Shown piece after piece: positions 56,027 through 64,000 of a stretch of 64,000 nucleotides of DNA. The notes beneath the pieces were generated by a model that searched no databases, was not told the origin of the DNA, and saw only the letters and a list, made by a program, of their open reading frames with translations. The position numbers and the translations under genes are program-made. Origin of the DNA: Octopus sinensis (taxonomy: Eukaryota); contig NC_043001.1 of the NCBI RefSeq assembly GCF_006345805.1, positions 132,308,001 through 132,372,000 of the forward strand, written 5' to 3'. Position 1 is the stretch's first letter. Every line of letters starts with the position of its first letter.

Positions 56027-58033
56027 CTGAAAATGAAGCTCCACTGATCAGTATACACTAAAAGATCTATATATTTTTCCTTTTTGTCAATAGCCCAGCT
56101 CTCCAAGGAACCTTACCTTTAATAATAAAAACTCTAATTGTCTCTGATCCTAATGGGAAAATAATTTTGTAATTAGTTGCCATTTCACAGTTAGTGATTG
56201 TCAACATCAGGACCGACCTTTTCCATGCTAATTGTGGCATGGATAATTCTAGCTTTTCATTGATGTTATTAATATTATCCAAATATTTTTTTATTTATAA
56301 TCAGAAATCAAGTGAAGCCGTGGCTGAGTGGTCAAGAAATTTGCTTTCTAACAATGTGGTTTCAGGTTCAATCCCACTGCATGGCATCTTGAGCAAGTAT
56401 TTTCTACTATAGCGCTGAACCAACCAATGTTTCATGCACCTATGAATCTCTTTTGCCAAACTACTAAATTATGGGGATGTAAACAAACTAATACAGGTTG
56501 CCAAGCATTGCAAGGGAATGCAAAATCACATGCACACAAACACATACATATATATATATGTATGTGTTTGTATACATACATAATACATATATATATATAT
56601 ATATACTCTTGACTCCATTGGTCACGAATGACCATGGGTGCACCTAAGAGGTTCCTCTCCAGGGTACAAGTTTGGGCAGAAAGTTGACTCACTGGTGAAC
56701 ACACAACCTAGGGTTGTTTTTATGGAAGACCAGCAATCACCTATGCATACCAGCCTCCCCTCTCCCCACCACCAATGTTATCCAAGGGAAAGGCAAAGGC
56801 TTGGCACCAGTGATGTCACAACTCATTTCTACAACTGAGTGAACTGGAGCAAGATGAAATAAAGTGTTTTGCTCAAAATAGCTAATCTGCTTTATGTTCA
56901 AACTGACCAGATCCAGGCTCTCACACCTACCCTACAATGTTATTCTACATTAATTACACCATCAAGATCTTGAAGATATGAGATAATGCATGATTAATTC
57001 AAATCAATGGGAATCAATAGGCATTATGTTTGATAGAATAATCAGAACACTAAAAGGTTAAATTTGTTTTACACAAAAATAAGTAGCGGGTTGTCATACA
57101 CAAGAGTGCATCTTCTACACCAGCAAATATGGTATTCTTTTAAAGTGTTTTGCAGCCAGGTTCAAGAATCGAACTCACAACCTCATGATCATAAGCTTGA
57201 TGCTCTAACCACATTTTAACAGAATGTGATGACTGCTTATATGATGAAAGGAACTCTGGCAAGTAATTTTTAAAAAAATAAACTGTTAATAGATATGTCA
57301 AAAGCAGTTTATAGAAAGACAAAGAGGAGAAAGAAAGAAATTAGCAGGAAACTAATAGTGGAGAAATATAGAGTGATAGGCGAATAGGGATAAAGCCTAA
57401 AGGTGTGGAAATAGATATACCTAGTGGAAATGAAATATAAAAAGACAGTTAAAGGTCAAGTTCTATAGCTTGGTAGAAATTATTTATAGGAACTAAAGGT
57501 ATGTTTTTGCCAATGCTTGCAACGATAAACACATTCTTTAAATGTGTTTACAAGAGGATTCTCTGAGAACAGGATGAAATACAGTCCATCATTACAGAGC
57601 GAACAAAAAGATTTACCTTTATCATAGGGAAAGGACCTAGATAAAATTCTCTTCATTATATATGCCATCATCAGATTCTGTTAAAAATGTCTTATTGACA
57701 TGTTTGGTTTCTTTTTTTTTTCCCTGATGAGAAGATCATGTTGTTTTACATCATTTTATTGCTTCTGGAATAATACCAATGTTTTCTTCAAAACATTTGA
57801 CAGAAGTATAAAGATTTGAATAACACCTGTGCTTAACTCCATTTATTTATTTATCAATGTTATACAAAAACACTTCACTTAACCCTGGAATTTCTACCTT
57901 TATATGTAGGCGGTTACACCCTTGATAATTATGTGAATTTTTGCTACCCTGGTAACTATTTATTTATTTTTTCCATGTTATTTGTACACATTGAAAAATA
58001 CACTCACACACACACAAACATATATATATATGT

Positions 58034-58075
<42 letters not shown>

Positions 58076-58257
58076 TTTATGAAAGAATGGAGTTGAACGA
58101 CTTGTTCTAGTCTATGCCCTAGGGATGTAACTTCAACCGTGTTCTTTCTGATGTGAATTTGCTACCCAGGTATCGGTTATCCTTTGAATTATCCTTAATA
58201 AGATAATTCATTCAACTACTCAAATATATATATATATATACATACACACTCATACAT

Positions 58258-58307
<50 letters not shown>

Positions 58308-58365
58308 TATATATATATACATACACACTCATACATGCACACACACACACAGACACACACACATA

Positions 58366-59806
58366 TCATCATCATCATCATCATCATCATCGTTTAACGT
58401 CCGTTTTCCGCGCTAGCACGGGTTGGACGGTTTGACCGGGGTCTGGGAAGCCAGGGGCCACTCCAGGCTCCAGTCTGATTTGGCAGAGTTTCTACGGCTG
58501 GATGCCCTTCCTAACGCCAACCACTCCATGAGTGGATTGGGTGCTTTTTACGTGCCACCTGCACAGGGGCCGGGGGGTCCGGCATTGGTCGCGATCGGTT
58601 CGAGCTTTTAACGTGCCAGCGGCACGGGGGCAACTGGGTCCGGGGTACTTTGGGGATCCGGGGTACTTTGGGGATCTGGGGTACTTTGGGGATCCGGGGT
58701 ACTTTGAATGGGTAGGGGGTATGTGGAATTGCTGCAGAAAGCAGCCCGGGTCTTTGCAGTCACAGCATATCTCCAGAGATCTCGGTCTTTTGCCATTGCC
58801 TCAGTGAGGCCCAATGCTCTGAGGTCATGCTTGACTACCTCATCCCATGTCTTCCTGGGTCTACCTCTCCCCCTGATACCTTCAACTGTTTGGGAGTGGC
58901 ACTTCTTCACACATCTCTCTTCATCCATCCACAGCACATGACCATACCATCGCAAGCGTCGCTCTTGCACACCACATCTGATGCTTCTTATATCCAGCAT
59001 TCTCTTAGGATGCTTACACTCTGTCTTGCGTGCACACTGACACTACACATCCAGCGGATCATGCTAGCTTCATTTCTTTCAAGTCTACGCATGTCCTCTG
59101 CAGTCACTGCCCATGTTTCATTACCGTGAAGCATGGCAGTTCGCACACATGCATCATACAATCTACCTTTCACTCTGAGGGAGAGACCTTTTGTTGCCAG
59201 TAGGGGTAGGAGCTTTCTGAACTTTGCCCAGGCTATTCGTATTCTAGTGGTGATACTCTTGTGCATCCACCTCCGCTACTAACTTGGTCACCTAGGTAGC
59301 GGAAACCATCAACTACTTCTAGTTTCTCTCCTGGAGTGTGATGGAATCTGTTTTCTGAGTGTCTGTTGTGTCTATTGTCCCTGTGCATCTGCCGCACATG
59401 AAAGCTATCTTATCTGTTAATTCCCTTTAATGTTGCTGCATCTCTTATGTGTCCATAACTTACATTGGGTGCATCTTATGGAGTTTCTACCTGTACTTTC
59501 CTACAGATTGAGCAGGGCCACCTACCCGAGGGGGTGTGTGCGAGGTACCTCTTGCTGCTTACTAATACTTTGGTCTTTGCTACATTTATTCTAAGGCCTT
59601 TTGATTCCAACCTTGCTTCCACACCCGAAATTTCTCTTCTAGTTCCGGTAGTGATCTGCTATGAGAGCTAGGTCATCGGCATAGAGGAGCTCCCAGGGGC
59701 ATCTCGTTTTGAATTCCTCTGTTATTGCCTGAAGGACTATGATGAATAAAAGGGGACTGAGGGCTGAGCCCTGGTGCACACCTACTTCTACCCGGAATTC
59801 TTCACT
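58366..59806 (-). mobile_element. 5'-truncated RTE-clade LINE (RT C-half, PHD-like finger, thumb, 3'UTR, (TGA)n tail)
   Basis: GVHQGSALSPLLFIIV...ELLYADDLAL; RIRIAWAKFRKLLPLL; ERRLRWYGHV...GRGRPRKTW; frameshifts; ~50-bp duplicated microsatellite-rich flank. Confidence 0.9.
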
Positions 59807-60082
59807 ATATATATATTATATATATATATACATACACACTCATACATGCACACACACACACATACATACACACAAACACACACACACACATATATATATA
59901 TATGCATAAGCATATATATTGTTTTCATATTTCGCTTAGGCATTGCAAGACTAATATTCTGGTGTAGACATCAGCATATATATGCTTCACAATGAACTGT
60001 TAGACAAGTAGAGAGTGGTAATAAGAAAATGAGATGACAAAGAAAAAAATGACGATTATGTTATGGACTTCATTAGCTTACA

Positions 60083-60169
60083 GCTGTAAGCTCTGATGAA
60101 GCTATAAGGTGTTATTCAGGCACTCAACTATGAATCCACTGTAGCTTATAGCAGAAACAGCAGCAAGCT
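60083..60169 (+). ncRNA. Hammerhead ribozyme-like core inside a ~200-nt fold-back
   Basis: GCTGT A AGCT CTGATGA A GCTATAAG [36 nt] CTTATAGC A GAA ACAGC: intact CUGAUGA and GAAA, perfect 8-bp helix II. Confidence 0.55.
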
Positions 60170-60231
60170 AATGAAGTCCATAACATAATCATTTTTTCCT
60201 TTGTCACCCCATTTTCTTATACACACACACT

Positions 60232-60534
60232 ATCCGACTCGTGGCCGATGCCAGCACCGCCTCGACTGGCTTCCATGCCGATGGCACGTAAATTGCACCA
60301 ATCCGACCGTGGCCGTTGCCAGCATCGCCTGGCACCTGTGCGGGTGGCACGTAAAAAGCACCCACTACACTCACGGAGTGGTTGGCGTTAGGAAGGGCAT
60401 CCAGCTGTAGAAACATTGCCAGATAAGACTGGAGCCTGGTGCAGCCTTCTGGCTTCCCAGATCCCCGGTCGAACCGTCCAACCCATGCTAGCATGGAGAA
60501 CGGACGTTAAACGATGATGATGATGATGATGATG
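60232..60534 (+). mobile_element. RTE 3'UTR-derived element with (GAT)n tail
   Basis: Inverted relative to 58366-58630. Confidence 0.75.
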
Positions 60535-60574
60535 ACACACACATATATTTATATTTTATGTAGTTGACAATCAT

Positions 60575-60930
60575 GGCCAGTCAGAAAGCTGCCATTGATT
60601 TCACAACTATCACTGTACATAGAAAAATAGGCAACTCATCAGATATGCTGACCACAGCCGTTTTTTAGCTATAGATGTAAAAATACAGTCTTGGTCAGAT
60701 TGATGGTGAAAAAAATTCTTGAAATGAAACCTTTAGAAAGTGAAAACCCCTTCTGAGAGAGACAGAGTTACATCCCTTTGAACGGTTCCAGTTGTGCCCT
60801 GAAAGGCATAAGTTTATGTAGGTTGCCCATTCATTAGTCAACAAGTGGGGAAAAACCCATATTTCCAACACAAATTTTCTATCATGAGGACACCAACTTA
60901 AAATTTCACTTCTTCAAATAAAGAAGGATC
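60575..60930 (-). mobile_element. Possible decayed CR1/L2 ORF2 C-terminus
   Basis: Broken frame ...SDELP...VIVVKSMAAF resembles WN.LP..VV.A.S...FK. Confidence 0.3.
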
Positions 60931-61194
60931 ATGCCCTGTTGGTCAAGCAACGTTTGTATCATAATGAAACAGTTGCAGCATGGAAGACACAAGCCGATCA
61001 TTCAGAAACACACAAAGATCATTGATATCACTTAAACATTTATTATTTGCAATATACTGTTTAAATGATGGTAACAGTTTTGTATGTTTCTAAATGGCTA
61101 ACCTGTGTCTTCCATCCTGCAATTATTTTTGTATCAGCACAGGATTTCAGATGAAAACACATGCCATGCAAGTACACCTCTGTAATATGTAATG

Positions 61195-61226
<32 letters not shown>

Positions 61227-61227
61227 C

Positions 61228-61258
<31 letters not shown>

Positions 61259-61354
61259 TAGATATATGTATATATAGGTAGGTAGGTAGGTAGGTATATC
61301 TACACATATATACACACACACACATAAATAAATGCCTATCTATCAATCTATCAA

Positions 61355-61422
<68 letters not shown>

Positions 61423-63515
61423 CCTACCTACCTACCTACCTACCTACATACCTATCTATCTATCTATCTATATATATATATAACGTATAAACAAGAGCAA
61501 AAGAAAAATTTTTCTATGCCAATATGCTGAGAACAGACTTTAAATCGTCAATTTCCATATTTCATTTTACATTCACTATAAATCGTCAATTTCCATATAT
61601 ATATATATATATACACACACATATATGCACATATGACAGGTTTATAGATTTCCATTATTATTATTACCATTATATACTTGCCTATCATATAAATCACAAC
61701 CATTTATCAATTTTCTTTATACCTTAACTTTAAACAAAAACCATTTAAAAATTTTACAATAGATTTAAGCCTCATTTTCCTATTTGTTTCACTAATATTT
61801 ATATGTGATAAAATCAGCAAAAATCAAACTTAAAGCCAAGCAAGATGAGATAATATCTTTTGATATCATGTGTAATAACTATGTGAATTTAATCCTATAC
61901 ACACTTCTATGTCTTCCCTTGGATGGCTACAACCAAATTTTTATAATTTAGATTTAATTAATAACCAGTAGAATTATAACCGATATATCTATAGTCAGAT
62001 TGTGACCTACAATTTAAAAAAATTAATACTTTGTCGCATTTTATCAATCTAAATAATTAATATAGTAAATTAATTTTTTAAAAAAAGCTAATCTTTTACT
62101 GAATGCCAAGAATCATGGGACTGAATTTTCTTTAATTTCCATAATATGAAGCAAATGAGGCATATAAAAGTGTAATAGGCCAGCTGGATTGAACTCAGTA
62201 CCTCAAAATAACAAGATGCTCACTATTTCTATAGTTCTGTCACTGGTAACACTAGTGAATTATGGTATTTACTAAAAATAGCTGTTGAATTAAATGTGTT
62301 GTGACTCCATATTTAATGAAATATGCAAAAGGTTCCCATCATAATTTTATAACCAGAAGTAGTCACAAATGAATTGGTGTTGAAACCAAACCTGTTTTAA
62401 GTGGCTTCATTGTAGATGCGATGCAGTAGCAGAACAAGAACTGTTGAATCTTTTGCTGGTTGTCCAGTACCATTCCTAAGCCAACCTACTGAGATCTAAA
62501 ACAAGTAATTCTACAGGTCACATCTACTGAAATGAATTTATTGCAGACTAACCTACGACCAAAAGGCAAATACATGTTTAAATTTTGAAATGAAGTAAAT
62601 AGGTAGTTTGTACAAAGGTTACAAATACTCTTTGAAGAAGTGAGAATAAAAACATGAGAATCTGTTTCATTTTTGTTTTAAGTTTGATAAATATCACTTT
62701 CCTGCATTTTTACTAATATTACTTTGTGGGAACTAAGTCAATGTGTTGTGCAGAAGTAAGATACATTCAGGTAAACAATTCTGAAAATACATCAAAACAT
62801 CTATTTGGAAAATGTTTACTGGGAAAGAAAAGCTTTTAAAAGTAAGTAGTATGTACAATAAGAGTTGCATGTCATTGATTTATACCCCTTCAGCAGTTTA
62901 ACCATAGTAAAATAAATGTTGCAATTCTTTCACTATTGACAGCAGGGATTAAACAGAAAAGCATTAAAATTATCTGAGAAATCTAAATTTAACAACAACA
63001 TGTATTCTGATCTCATATACATTTACACACAAAGAAAAATAGATTCATGAGCAACTTTTATACATATTTTGAAAATAAAGCTTTTAAGTGTAACCTCTGC
63101 AGGAATTGGTTTCTGACAGACCCCCAACAGTCATGAATAATCCCAACAGAAATTACAAAATTGAGCATTTATCTTTTTTTTTTAACATTATAATCTGTGA
63201 TATGAATACTTAGCTTCCATTACATTTTATAGATATTCTATTAAACTAAAGTCAAAATCAGTAAATGTAATATTAAACAGGTGAAAGACAGGGGTGAGAA
63301 TATAGTATGATGTACACAAAATTAATTCCACATGAAGTACTCTGATCCCAACAAGAAATGGACCCAAAAATTGCAAAAGTTTTACAACCTCATTCCACAC
63401 ATATAAAAATGGTATTATCATCACATATTTCATTTTTCCCTCCATATTTCATAACTTATTTTATTAAGCAACAGAAATCTATGATCACCTAGCAGTTTTG
63501 TAAAGTAGTATAAAT

Positions 63516-63922
63516 AGGCGCAGGAGTGGCTGTGTGGTAAGTAGCTTGCTAACCAACCACATGGTTCCGGGTTCAGTCCCACTGTGTGGCATCTTGGGCA
63601 AGTGTCTTCTGCTATAGCCCCGGGCCAACCTTGTGAGTGGATTTGGTAGATGGAAACTGAAAGAAGCCTGTCGTATATATATATATATATGTGTGTGTAT
63701 ATGTGTTTGTGTGTCTGTCTTTGTCCTCCTAGCATTGCTTGACAACCGATGCTGGTGTGTTTACGTCCCCGTCACTTAGCAGTTCGGCAAAAGAGACCGA
63801 TAGAATAAGTACTGGGCTTACAAAGAATAAGTCCCGGGGTCGATTTGCTCAACTAAAGGCGGTGCTCCAGCATGGCCACAGTCAAATGACTGAAACAAGT
63901 AAAAGAGTAAAAGAGTAAAAGA
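63516..63922 (+). mobile_element. SINE family A, full length, young
   Basis: Very similar to 53313-53730; TSD agtagtat. Confidence 0.88.
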
Positions 63923-64000
63923 GTAGTATGCAAGTATGATAAGTAGTTTAATGAACTACAGCTGTTGCTGTAGTTGTTTAGCACCATGTCAGCTCTGGTT

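Overview
AT-rich, microsatellite- and retroposon-dense metazoan genomic DNA. The mix of tRNA-derived SINEs, RTE, Dong/R4 and Penelope-like repeats points to a coleoid cephalopod, probably Octopus (inference). Almost all ORFs in the supplied track are microsatellite noise or transposon debris. Real coding signal: (i) two phase-compatible minus-strand exons (49146-49285 and 3853-3968) of a kinesin-2 of the KIF17/OSM-3 type, apparently separated by a ~45 kb intron; (ii) inside that intron, on the opposite strand, a phase-consistent chain of small exons (ATG at 10019, stop at 35960) encoding a ~220-240 aa protein I cannot assign to a family, with several candidate microexons and ambiguous 5' splicing. 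Mobile elements: at least three tRNA-SINE families (one with a Meta domain), RTE-clade LINE fragments, Dong/R4-clade fragments in (TAA)n, a decayed Charlie/SPIN-type hAT transposase, and piggyBac-type and mariner-type MITEs. The most unusual signals are five minimal hammerhead-ribozyme-like motifs in short microsatellite-flanked Penelope-like repeats (one inside a ~200-nt fold-back), two perfect fold-back palindromes, and several closely spaced inverted repeat pairs that could form dsRNA around the nested gene's exons. All gene models are manual and unverified.
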